Both the position numbers and the translations under genes were made by a program. Under the pieces are notes generated by a model. The model saw only the letters and a program-made list of their open reading frames with translations. It was not told the origin of the DNA and did not search any database. A stretch of 64,000 bases of DNA from Raillietiella orientalis (Eukaryota): contig JAYWIR010000078.1 of the NCBI GenBank assembly GCA_036172245.1, forward strand, positions 62,001 through 126,000, in the 5' to 3' direction. This document shows, one piece after another, positions 49,621 to 62,610 of the stretch. Numbering within the stretch: the first letter of the stretch is position 1; every line of letters starts with the position of its first letter.

Positions 49621-50700
49621 TCATAATATCTAGGTAGGAGACGCCGCGGAGAGCGGATAGCGTGCAGAAAGCTGTACTGCAGTGCGTTTTCGCTCTCTCG
49701 TGCGAGGGTGATTTTTTATTGTAAAACCAGCCGTGGACTACGGGATGTGGTTCGTGCAGTTTGATAAGAACGGTCGTGTCTGCCACCCTGAATAAAGTAG
49801 TCGGAGTCCAGATCAGTCATGGAGTAATTTTTCATGTGCAGAATTCAGTCCTGACACGTATTATTTAAAAATAAAAATCTGAAATGCTATATACATGTAA
49901 GAAAGAATGGTCCAATGAGCTTAATTTTCTGTTACAGTTTCTGTTATCAGTTATTTTTATTTGGAAATGTAAACATTAATTCCTGGAACTAATATTATAC
50001 AAAGTAAAACTATTTAAATTTATTTGGATAAATGGAATGCTTGAATCTGGTATTATTTAGATGTCTACTATCACTTTAATTATTCGCTTTCAAGCATGGC
50101 GACTATGCAAGCATGAATCCATTAGCATCAAAATAGGAACATTGAAATACTTGGATAACGTCAGTAAAATAAATCTGCATGAAGTATTATTGCATTTTCA
50201 TTACTCGTCTATTTGCTCTGAATATATTCACATTTATGAATACTTTGTGAAAGTTAAATAATCTTTTTGTTGGTAGTCTTGTAAATAAATGCAGTAGGTA
50301 TTCATCGCCCAATGTCGATTAAATGTATATGTTGGTATGAGATTTGGGACTCTAGTTTGAATTTCAAATAAAACTAATATTAATTCATACTAAGGACTTA
50401 TTTCACTAAACAAACATATCGTGAAATCGTGTATATAAAATTGAGTTGGCATTCCTGACAACCTGAAAGCGAAACAGCTGTTTGCCTATATGGTCTTGAG
50501 TTGATGTTTTGTAGTTCACTTGATTAGTGCCTATGAGAAAAAGCAATTTTTTATTATAAGAGTTGTGAAATTGATTTTTAATTCGGTGAGTAATCAATAT
50601 TTTAACCAAAAAATGTCCCCATTTGTATTCGTACAGGTTTTTGATTTCTTCGTGTACCTATTTTCTGTTTTCTTAAAAATCGTACAAACTGTCAAGTGCA

Positions 50701-52353
50701 ATGCCAGAAATAGAAGAAAATGAAGATAGCGATGTGGAGGGTGATTCTGAACATACAGATAAATCTTCTTCCACCGAGTCTGTTGGATCAGATTCAGAGG
50801 ATACATCTGGTAATTAAACTTTTTGAAATAGTTATTGCTTTGATAAATGGGATTTTTTTTTTCAAGCATAATACGAGCCGAATTTCCGCATTATCTCAAT
50901 TTTTTTGAATTAAATGACCTAGAAATGGTGCTTGTAGAACTTTTTTTTGGTATGATGAGTTGAGTCACATGAAAGCAATGTAGGTGCTATAACTTTTAAC
51001 TTGGTGTAGTCTTATGTCATTACCTTAGCAGTGAAAATTTTTCTCATGAAGTTATTTGTAATATTATAAGATTTTGTTTGGGGTATGTGAACTCAAATTA
51101 TATTTGCACTTTTGTATATGAATTCATTTGCAGTACAGCTGGTTCTATATCCCTTCAAAGACATGATTAGATATGTACGATCATTCTATATTTCAAGCAA
51201 TTTGTATGCCATATGAAAGAAATGAGTTTGTTTTGTTTAATTTCTTGAAAAAATAAGGATTGTTCTACAAGGCAAATTTCATGGTTTCACTATTAAAGGA
51301 ACAAATATGTTTTTGTTTGATTTATTTCTATATACTCCTGAAGTTTATGCTGGAAAAAAAATCACATTTATGAACTTTTTATCATGCTTATTAAAAGAAG
51401 TGCTCTAAATTACTGGAGTTTGCAAATTTCAAGGACAGTTGTAGCACTGATTGTAATTATTTTCTTTTACATCAAGAAGCATTTGGAGTATCTGTTATTC
51501 CCACTCTCTTTATATATTTTAATTTTTCCATATTTGTGGCTTTGTATTCTAGCATAGACTTACTTTTGCTAATGAGCCCAGAAATTGATGTTCAAACTTT
51601 TAGATATGGATGAACCAGAATGTGAGCGCAGGCGTAGTGAGTGTATAAGTGACATGGCAGACCTTGAAAAACAGTTTGAATTATTAACTGAACAGTAAGA
51701 CAAAACACTTAATTCAAAATAATAATCCATTTCATTAGGCTGTATCAAGAACGGATCACACAAATTGATGCTAAATTGGAAGAGGTTCGCTCTGGCAGAG
51801 CTTCAGAATATCTTGAGCCCTTAGAAGAACTGCAACACCAACTGTGTTTACGCACAGAAGTGGCAGGAATACTTAGAGATATGCGTCTAGTAAATATAGC
51901 ACACATGCATGAAGCAGAATACTTGGCTTCCCAGCAAAATTTTGAAGTACTTGTTCTTTTACATTTCTCTCTGACATTTCTTACAGCTTGCATCTTATGT
52001 TCACAGAGTCAGAAAAATATACTATGGGATTCTACTTGTAGTGAGTTAGAAGAGCACATACGTCGATTAGAAGAGGATAGGCGACAAGTAGATATAACTT
52101 CGGATTTATGGGAGCAGAGACATATGCAGCACAGAAAAAGATCTGCTGTAACTAGCCCTGAAAGACGCAAGAAACCTGTAACAATTACAGGTAAAATAAC
52201 ATCACTCATCACTGTGTGAAGAGAATCATTGTTATGATAGGCCCATACATTGTGTATATGTTGAATGAAGAGGACCTTTTAGAAGATTGGACCACAATTC
52301 GAAAAGTATTGGCATCTAATAGACAACAAAACTGTAAGCAAATCAGACAGTAG
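50701..52353 (+). CDS. BRMS1: BRMS1/BRMS1L (Sds3-like family), exons 50701-50809, 51604-51694, 51739-51946, 52007-52190, 52241-52353
   Basis: Acidic N-terminus, [61 protein letters not shown]. Confidence 0.9.
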
Positions 52354-52396
52354 TTTTAATGACTGTACTCAGTAGTCAGATAACTTGTATTTGACA

Positions 52397-54283
52397 TCAT
52401 AATTGAGCTGCCAATCCTGCAGCTGAAATATTATCTCCACCTCCAACAGTTTGATGTGCCTCAGTGCAGACAAGTCCTGGTGCTACACACAATGAAACAT
52501 TGTCTTCTATCCAGCAAACCACAGGTTGATTATTGTTAATGTTTACACGACGAGCATTCTGTTCACTGCTTGTTGAAAAAGAATCATCTAACAGGATATG
52601 CATTTTGGTGAGGTTGACCTGCATAATTAAATATATTTTATGAAACCTGGACGTAAGACTACCTGTTGTGTATCACAGACATGGCGATATGCAGTTAATG
52701 CAGCTTTTGCCATAGCTGCATCATTATTTGTCCAAACTGATCTTTGATGTGTTAGAATAGCTTGAAATGCTAATGTGTGAACATGTATACGAGAGAGAAA
52801 ACGTCCATTACTTAATTTTTCTTGTAACTTTCGTACCAGCCTGAAGAGTACACATTAGTATTTCTGTAAATTAAGATGCTCGAACCTGAACACAGAGCGC
52901 ATTTGATCTAGAACTGTTGCTACTCTTGGTAAAGCTTCTGCAGCAAAAGATATTTCATTATCACGTAAAAGGGAATGCAAATTGGCTAATTCTTGTTCAT
53001 TCATGCCCAGAGAATTCACAAAAGGAAAAATAGACTGTAATAAATCTTGTAGGAATTCTTGCTCAGTAAAGCTTGCCATCTCAAAATGAATTAAGGTAGA
53101 ATCAGGTAGTCCTGAAAGCTGCTCCTTTACCAATTCCAGTTGTTTCTGTCTTTCTCCTGAAGGGAATGATGCCCACATTGCTGAGGTCTTACAGTTTGTT
53201 AATGGTTAATTTGTAGTTAATTTTAGAGTTACAGTCTTTATGGATTATCATGTTGAAATATTTGATTTAAAATAGCTGTGTACTATAGTAAATACTTATT
53301 CAAAAGTTTACCTGCTTTAAATAGATAATTATCCATCACCTGTAAACCACTTACAATGAACAAGTGTGGTTGAAAATGCTCCAGTAACTCACTGATAGGT
53401 TTCACGGTATCTAGATGTGGATTATTATTATCATTATGAATTATGAATCGATTTGCCCGGGGAGTTTCATAATGACCCCATTTTTCAAATGCTAGGTATT
53501 CCATGATCACATGAACATCATATGATTCAGTATATCCTTCCAGATCTAATATAAAAAACCAGTTATTTACTTTCGGACTTAATGTACAAATACAAAAGTA
53601 ATGTGGATAGTTACATGACACTTGAGATGGTAATTTATTTCTTAGTTGGGGTGAGATGTGTGCTGCCAGCAAAACCTGAAGTCCTTCACGAGCAAATCTT
53701 TGAGCCATAATTGGTGCATTTCCACCCAGAGACCATTCAGCATTTCCAGTATTTTTGGCAGCCTGCAGCACTCTTGCAAACAAACTTGCATTGTTTACAT
53801 GACGCCTAATATCAAAATATGAAATTACTCTTTTAGAAACAGAATTTAGTAATTTATGATCAACAATGTATAAAGCATTTCAAATAATTGGTTCAAATGT
53901 TAACTTATACACAAATGTGAATTGAGATTGTTGGAAGTACATTACTCTGCGGCAGCACCATGTTTGAAAAAGTACAAAAACACTTCCGTAAAATCATCTT
54001 CGGTTTCAATCACATGATGATGTTTGGGTTCTTTTGGAGGTTCCCATTTAAGGATCATTAACACTTGTCTTGCTGCTACAATTAAATCTTGGCAACTACC
54101 ATACCCAACTGCCACTTTTTTCTGAGGATCCAAATAGGCATTCTGTTCGGCTTTTAACAGTCCTTCTAAAATCGATTGGGGTCTACTCTTGTACGAACCG
54201 AAAATTCGTATCTGACATAAGTAGGCCAATATCGTTATGCTCAATGTTATGCACACAAGTTTCGTGTAGCCACCACTCATCAT
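52397..54283 (-). CDS. ADPGK: ADP-dependent glucokinase, multi-exon
   Basis: N-terminal hydrophobic anchor, VAVGYGSCQD, GAAAER, GGNAPIMAQR, PRANRFI, HFEMAS, SLGMNEQEL, IHVHTL and TVGGGDNISAAGL. Confidence 0.95.
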
Positions 54284-55463
54284 ATTTCGATTTCGTACAT
54301 AATCTGGAGAGGGGCATTAAAAATTTCCTCGCTTCTAACGTTTAACCTCATAATGTCTACAAACATCCCATACTTATACAACTTTCAGTCAGGCCTTTCT
54401 ATAAAGTCTGTTTCTATGTCGTATCTATCCATCGACACTAGCACAGCATACCTGAGCTCACCGGTTCACATTTACCGAAACATCTTTGCTGCACCGGCAA
54501 AGGAGGTCTAGCAGATGCTTTGCCAGCTGCGAACGAAAATCCATGCAGAAAAAGATACCGTCCCTATCAAAAACGTGGCATTTGCATAGCTTTACCGGTT
54601 GCGTGGGCGATGGTGCAGCAGAAGCACATGCAATCAATGCTTCCCATCAGATAGTTTCATTTCTGCATCACTCTTCATGATTTCGTGGAGAGACATTGCT
54701 CGTCAAACACTCACGATTTATGTCGAAAGCTATTTGTGTATTCAAGTGTCCTCCATCTGTTAATATCGTATAATTTCCAACAGTCTCTTACAAGAGCAGC
54801 ATTATCTTTTTGATGGTTCACTTTTATCTTTGACCAACTTTCTATCTGAAGGATCTTATCATCGGAGAACTGATCGGTTTCGATGGCGTACTCTTACGTG
54901 TAATCAGTTTTCATTCCATCATTCTTCGATTTTAGTTTTCTTTCGTCAAATTCTCAGAGCAATTTTCAAATCCTTAAATCCTCAATTCTGAAACCATGAA
55001 AAATGGTAAACACGTTGAAGATTATTCAGCTAATTGGTTTGAAGATTAAATGAAATCATGTTAACGTATTTGGTTGAGTGCATTGCAGTGCTTCGATTAT
55101 TCAAATATAATTTATATTCTCAATTAAAATTTGCATTTCTTAAAATTCTCCACAATTTTAAATAATTATGCTATCACTGGTAGTCGATTCTGATGTATTC
55201 TGATAACGAAGCCTATTTGGTGTACTATGATGCTATTGGAAGTAGTGGTGTAGTAATTCATCAATTATTTGAGTTAATATTCATCCCATTATGTTTCGTA
55301 AAGGCATTCTTTCTTCCTTCTATTCTAATTAATTGGTTTGCCGTAGTAATGTCATTGATGGGATGATGGAAATCCTTTTGGGTTCTTTTCTGTCTTCGCA
55401 TTTTTTCCCTTCCAGCATTTTTTTCCAGGTTTTCCAGGTTTTCTTTTTCTTTTTGGTTCGTCA

Positions 55464-55942
55464 TGTACCTCAAGAGCCGGTCGCGTGTCTCACGGCGTAC
55501 GTGGCTCTTTAACACTGTTCCACGCCACCCGTGGAGGTGCGTGCTAGTCTTCAAGATAAGGGGGGCAACCCCTGAAGGGAGTCCCGCCCTATGAATCCAG
55601 GAAGGCTCGGAGTCCGTTCCTCTCACGTTTGGGGAGGGAGGATCGCACCTCCCACCCTGGTTGTCTCCGAAGGGGAATCCAGAGGGAATCTCCTTCCTCC
55701 TTCTCTCCGAAGGGACCCCCCCGGAAAGGGGATGGTCCTCTCCATTTCATCTTCTCCGAAGGGAACCCGGAAAGGATCCGCTAGTAGGAATTTCTTCTCC
55801 GGAGGGAACCCGCAAGGGAACCGCTCCTGTTCTCTGCTCTGGGACGCTGCAGCTTCCCGCAGGGGGATCTCTCCCGCTTGCTCGCACTTTTCTGGAGAGG
55901 CGGCGAAATAAAGGTTTTTTTGTCGGAATAAAGCATAACACA
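55464..55942 (+). mobile_element. GC-rich ~480-bp insert, putative solo LTR with internal degenerate tandem repeats
   Basis: Sharp GC-rich island in AT-rich DNA, starting TGT and ending ACA, with two AATAAA near the 3' end. Flanks gtca/gtcc form an imperfect 4-bp TSD. Four tctccg(a/g)aggg units. Confidence 0.45.
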
Positions 55943-57717
55943 GTCCAGGAACTGTTAAATGTAAGCAGTCTGCGAAAGTATTGTACTCCGTTTCATTGAT
56001 TTTATTTTAGTAATTTAATTACAGAGCTCATTATATAGTTTTACTTTCACGCTTTCCTTTTTTACGTTTTCAAACACGAAGATGAATACAAAATAATAAT
56101 AGCTTGCAATAGAAGGATAAAATTCATCGTTGTCAATTTGTACGTGCAGTATGCAACTTGGAAACCTCTATCACCGGAAAAATTACTATGAAAAATTCAT
56201 TCATATTTCCCGTATTCCAAAAGAAATTCATTATGCCACAATAAATGAAACTATTTTTCCATATTAGCGATAAGTAATTAAACGAAAAAACTAGCCTGAA
56301 AACAATAGGACTTACACATTAGGTCTTATAAACGGGTAACAAGTGTCATACAATTATCCGGGGTTTACATATTTTACACTCCAGATTAAAGACAGACTAT
56401 TTTATCTGTATAAGTATTTAGAAAGAATAAAAAAACCCAGAAACTCCTTTGTAAAACGTTAATCTCAGTTTGTGAAGATTCCGTGCGTGAAAGAGATTTC
56501 AGGAAAGAACTGTGGCACATGAATCAGGAAAAATATGGTGCATAAAATATTGGGTGATATAGGGAATTTTTGAATAAAATGGAAAACAAAAAATTAGCAG
56601 AACTTAATTTTAAAATCATTTTTGATTTTGAAGTTTCTATGGCCTATTCGAAATTATGATGACCTAATGCGTTTTAAGCCATTTTGGAATGGATGGAAAT
56701 TGAAATTTCATTTTATAAAAGAATTTGATGAGGATACTCTATAAAATATCTAACAAGAAAAAGGAATAATTACACCGAGGTGAGTAGCAAAAGTGTAAGT
56801 CAAGGCATAAGCAAGGCAGCGGGTAATTAAAAATACAAATAATTGGCAAAAACTAACACATAAAGGCATACAGTTTGAATGCAAAGGAATTATAGCTAAC
56901 AGTTAACATTTGAAGAAAATTACAAAAGTAAGCATGATACGGCAATATTGCATTCATAAACTTTTTTTCTCAATGAAGTGTCTTCAAAATAGGTCAGAAA
57001 TGATGCAGAAAGCAAAAAGTGAAGAAAATAAAGGACAGCCCGATGTACTGCATTATAATTTCGAATAAATAATCTGCACTGTCATTTGATCCAATTAGAT
57101 TCCAGATGCTCTTAATGAGTCCCTTAATGAATCAAGCATAAATGAAATAACTTATTCCATCAATGAAATTCCTTATTCTTACTTATCATCATGAATAAAA
57201 GTTTTTACTGTTGATGCAACGTTTATATATCAATGTAAATAACCTTGATTACATATGCTTGGAAGACTAGAGTCATGTATTTATAATTTGATATTAACTT
57301 CAATTCTAAATGTCAAAGGAAAGTTTAGAAGTAAACTATTGAAAAATAAGTTTGATTCTTGATAAAATCCTCTTGGCATCTCTGACCATCTCTGACCAAA
57401 TCATGGGCGTAAAAGTTTTATAACGGGAATGTGCGATCAAGAATTTTTTCGTTGATTTTAGAATATCCGTAATGAATCTCGGACTTCTATGTAAGTGAGT
57501 AAAAAATAACATTCGATAGAAACTAAAGGATCACATGGATTTTGAGTGAAAATCATGAAGTGTTGTCTTGTCAGCAGATGGATTGCCTGTGAACAGTTTT
57601 GTGGATAAGCTTTCGTAATCAGTGGAAAACTCATTCTTGATTCCTTGTTTCATGTTCAGTTCTAATCCAAATCGACCTTATTAGTTGTATGTTACAGAAT
57701 CATTTGAAATCACTAAG

Positions 57718-60198
57718 ATGTTTACTTGGCTGAGTAAAGATGAAAGTAGAAAAAATCAACCTGAGGTGTACGAAAGTGTTTTGGAAGGACTTAAGAAAAA
57801 TTACAAAAATAAAATAAAACAACTTGAAGATCATTATTTCTTTCATGATTTTCATTCTCCACCCTTAGATGATCCTGATTTTGACGCAAAGCCAATGATT
57901 TTACTTGTAGGACAGTACTCAACGGGAAAAACAACTTTTATAAGGTATTTACTGGAAAAAGACTTTCCTGGAATCAGAATCGGACCAGAACCAACAACAG
58001 ATCGTTTTATTTGTGTTATGCATGGGGAACAAGAAGGAATTATACCCGGAAACGCATTAGTAGTTGATCCAAAAAAACAATTTCGACCACTCTCGAAATT
58101 TGGAAATGCTTTTTTGAATCGATTTCAGTGTTCTCTTGTAGAATCCCCCGTTTTGAAAGGATTATCAGTTGTAGATACTCCTGGCATTTTATCTGGTGAA
58201 AAACAGCGTGTTGACAGAGGATATGATTTTACAGGCATTCTTGAGTGGTTTGCAGAAAGAGTTGATAGAATTATCCTCCTTTTTGATGCACATAAACTTG
58301 ATATATCAGATGAATTTCGTAGAAGCATTGAAGCCTTACGAGGTCATGACGATAAAATCAGAATTGTTTTGAATAAAGCTGACATGGTTGATCATCAACA
58401 ATTGATGAGAGTTTATGGTGCTTTGATGTGGTCTCTTGGAAAAGTTTTGAACACACCAGAAGTTGCCCGGGTGTATATAGGATCATTCTGGGATCAACCC
58501 TTGAGATACGATATTAATAGAAAGTATGTACAATAGTTAAGCCATTGAAATATTTATTACTTATAACATGAATTTTGTATGACTATTGTTTCAAACTTAA
58601 AATCACAGAAAGTGAAGTAAAAAACTTCGATTTTCTTGCATTTCTCCCAACTGAATGAAATGTCAATCATTAATCATGTTTAAATAACTTTTTTGTTAGA
58701 TTTTTGTCGGTGTATTGTGCTTAATATGCATATTTGCTACCTTGTGTTTAAGGAGAGATTTAATCAAAGCTTATATTTGCATATGCAGATGAAAGAATTT
58801 TATAAATGAATCTTTTATAAAGAAGGCGCATGTGAATGAATGAAAACTTCACTGCATACAAGTTAGTGTAATTGCCACATGTATATCTTTGATTTGTAAA
58901 TATGTACTCTAAATAAATCTGTAACAGGAATGTACATGGAGTGATGTTTTCAGCACACAAAAGATCGTCATCATTTAAGTCAAGAAATACAAAGGAACAA
59001 TGTTTTTGTAACTGTTGAAAATGCCTTTTATTTGTTTAAACAGCCGTATTTCTGTGAAAATAATTAGGAAAATGTTGGCGAAAAGTGTGAAAAGCATTAT
59101 GTGGAATTTTTGCTTTGAACTGTTTTTGCCAACTTTCTCTTTTGTAGACTTTTTGAAGCTGAAGAACAGGATCTTTTTCAAGATTTGCAAGCACTCCCAA
59201 GAAATGCTGCATTACGGAAGCTGAATGATTTAATCAAAAGAGCCAGATTAGCAAAGGTTGCCTTTCTACATTTAAGTGTTTTAATAATTTGCAGTTTTTA
59301 GGTACATGCATATATAATCAGTAGTCTGCGTAAAGATATGCCATCAATGTTTAAAAAGGATTCAAAAAAGAAAGAATTAATTAAAAATTTAGATAAAATT
59401 TATGAACAAATTCACAGAGAGTATCAAATATCACCTGGAGATTTTCCCGATATAAACAAAATGAGGGTATGAAAAAACTGTCTTTAAATTTATGGGAATT
59501 AATAATTGTTATTTGCAAATTATTTTTTTGTAAATTATTTATAGTATTAATTTTTATGAAGGAAAATTTGCTACATTATGATTTTGCCAAATTCCATCCT
59601 TTGAAACCCAAGCTTCTTGAGGCTGTTGATCATATGTTAGCAGAAGATATTTCAAAAATCATGAATATGATACCAATGGATGATCATCCAATATCTGATG
59701 ATTCAGGGGCCAATAAAGGTAAGCAAGAATCATCCCGATAATTAGCTAAAATAAAAAAAAAAAAGTGGCTGGAGGTGCCTTTGATGGAATCCTGGATGAC
59801 AAAATCTCACCATTTGGGTTCAAGAAAGGTGAAGGTGTGGATGCAGGATTTGGAGAACCTGAATGGATAGTATCAAAAGAACGTTTCAAATATGATTCTC
59901 TGTTTGATACACTCAATCCTATTGATGGGAAAATTACAGGAGCAGGTAATTTAATGTGAAATGTTTCCAGAGTTTACAATCTCCTTATATAGCTGCAAAA
60001 TCAGAAATGGTCAAATCAAAACTTCCAAATTCTGTATTGGGTAAGATTTGGAAGCTTTCTGATATAGATCAAGATGGAATGTTGGATGCTGATGAGTTTG
60101 CTCTGGCCATGCATCTAATTAATGTTAAACTCGATGGATATGATATTCCAAGTGAACTACCAGATCATTTAATCCCACCTTCTAAAAGAACACTGTAG
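57718..60198 (+). CDS. EHD1: EH domain-containing protein (EHD1/Past1/RME-1), exons 57718-58523, 59148-59255, 59302-59466, 59562-59718, 59766-59945, 59993-60198
   Basis: P-loop [30 protein letters not shown], and C-terminal EH domain [35 protein letters not shown]...HLIPPSKR. Confidence 0.97.
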
Positions 60199-61158
60199 CA
60201 AATAGAAACAATGCTCAAGAAATATGTTTACTTGCAAAAATTATTTTATAAATTCGCATCACCATTTACTTGCAGCAAGTTTCCTGTCACTGGACTCTTA
60301 ACATAACTTGTCAAAAGTTTCCAACGTACATCTATTAATTATATTTGAGCTCCTATGCACAAGCACTTTTTCTTCATGTTCTTGTTTAGCAAGTTGTGCG
60401 TTTTCAATGTGAAGGATGTAGGCATCCTTTCATTGATTGGATGCGTTTTCTAGCTTTTCAGATTTAACTTCAGATTTTTCATTTTTCTGAACTGAGTTGT
60501 GGAATGCGACTTCGTATTTTCTGCCTTCTTGCTCTGTGTAGATGAAGAGTTCTTTGTACTATAACGAAAGTGAACAGGATAATTATGGTCATCAACACAA
60601 TGACTGATTCTTGCATCAGGGGTGTCAGATTTGTAGCAACAGCCTTCTACATAACATTGAAACTACTCTTAATAAACTTACATGTTTTTCAGGGAATCAT
60701 ATTTACCATAGGTGTTTGCTGCGCTTTAAGTCTCCAAAAATTATCATGATGTTCTTGTATGTGCAAATCCAAAAGATGAGCAGTTGGGAAATGTTTACAG
60801 CACTGCAAACATTTATGTGAATGCTTCATAGTAGCATGAAGTTCATATGCATGTACAGAACCGAATTGTTCTGAACATCCATTTGCACTGCATTTAATTG
60901 CATGTGATCTATAAGTTAAACCATTTGAAAAAGGTTAAATAATATTTGCTTTACACTTACTTCCACCCTAATAACTCTTCATCATCTGTAAATGTGAGAA
61001 ATTGATCAAGAAATGAAGAACATGCTAAGTTTCCTTCTTCAAAAAATGGATCATCAGGAGCATGCACTTGTTCAGTTAATAAACAATTTGATTTTATGCA
61101 ATTCGACATCGTACATAGAACCTTACTCAGAATGATACTACATATTAAAGATAACAGT

Positions 61159-62610
61159 TTATTTAGACAACCCATTCATGTAAAATGCAAACATATGTTG
61201 CATGACTTCTAAATTAAGCCCCATAATCACAGGCTGACTTTCAACAAAATCACAAGTTTCAAAAGCTGCCATTATAGGTTTCATCCAGAACATATTCTTA
61301 ATACCACTGTTTAAGGGGTTCAAGGTATTGAGCTGAAAGCAGCCAAAATGAAATCTTTTACCATCTGTCAAAACTGATTGCATGCAGATAGGTTCTGGCA
61401 GAAATTCAGTATTATCCTACAAACAACAGATAAAGTTGTTCAGCATTTATCTTTTTCTTACTCCAAATCTTTGCCGAGCTTGTGCACCAGCAAATGCAAA
61501 ACTAAACAATAATGATTTGGCATAAAACATATCATCATGAATTGTGACTTTCGGTGGATTAAAAGTTAAATAAATAGTATGGATCTGATGGTTGCAAACA
61601 GCTAGAAAAACAGAAAAAAAATACTTAGACGGCTAAATTATTAGACAAAGGAAGCATGCGTACATGAAAACTCCTGTTGAAATATGAATATAAAGGTGAT
61701 TACTTACGAAACACATTTTCCCACTGATAATCATTGCTCTGCTCTAGCATCACTGTCTGAGCAACTGGGTATATATCTGGGAGAAGTTCATTGTTAGTGG
61801 CCAAAACTTCATCTTTTGTGGAAAACTGATCTAAGGATTTCTGGCTAAGCAAAGCAAATATTCCGGAATAATCAACTGTTTGAAACAACAGGCGCTGTCC
61901 ATCTTTGAAAAAGGGGAAAACAACCTCTAAATCTTCGGCTAAAAGTCTTGATGCCACACTGCTTGCAACAAGACTTTCACACAAATGCAGTAATTTCCTG
62001 ATTGAATTTACACTGAAACAACACAAATTCTATGAATCCACCTTCAACTACGAATCTCTCCAGACTAATATGTTGACACAATTCTAATGGAAACTCTTAG
62101 TTACAAAGACGATTAAAAATATGGCTATATAGGGTTATATGTAATCATATATACATACACACATAATGCTATAACAGTTACATATTGTTTACATTGTAAA
62201 ATACAAAATCTTGAATCTAAGATGAAACGAATTTCGGATGCCAGGATCCTAATTCTTACGAAAATTCAAGCAAACAATACCAAAGACTGATGACTCGAAA
62301 TCGGAATAGGAGAATGCATAACAAAAATGACTTTTTCGATATTGTCCACATCATGCACATTTCAGCAATGAAAGCTTATGCTAACAAGTCCATGCAAAAA
62401 CAATGATGGAAGTTTCAGAAATTATATCACAGTACTTGACAGATTAATTACAGAAATACAATAAGCTGCTAAAGGAATATCTCCTTACTTTTTTCTATAA
62501 TTTGATAAACCATACTTTCTTCTTGGTTTAAAATGATCATCATAGTGCATGACATATTCATAAGGAAGCTTTTCTTGGACAGCATCATATACATGTGAAG
62601 ATAAAAAAGC
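61159..62610 (-). CDS. MRPL37: Mitochondrial ribosomal protein mL37, 3' exons (5' exons not resolved)
   Basis: SHVYDAVQEKLP, FAFAGAQARQRFG, LPEPICMQSVLTDGKRFHFGCFQLNTL, GIKNMFW and FAFYMNG. Confidence 0.8.

Noticed and set aside
55660..55830. CRISPR-like repeat-spacer array
   Set aside because: Repeats are short and degenerate, spacing is irregular, the context is eukaryotic and no cas genes are present.
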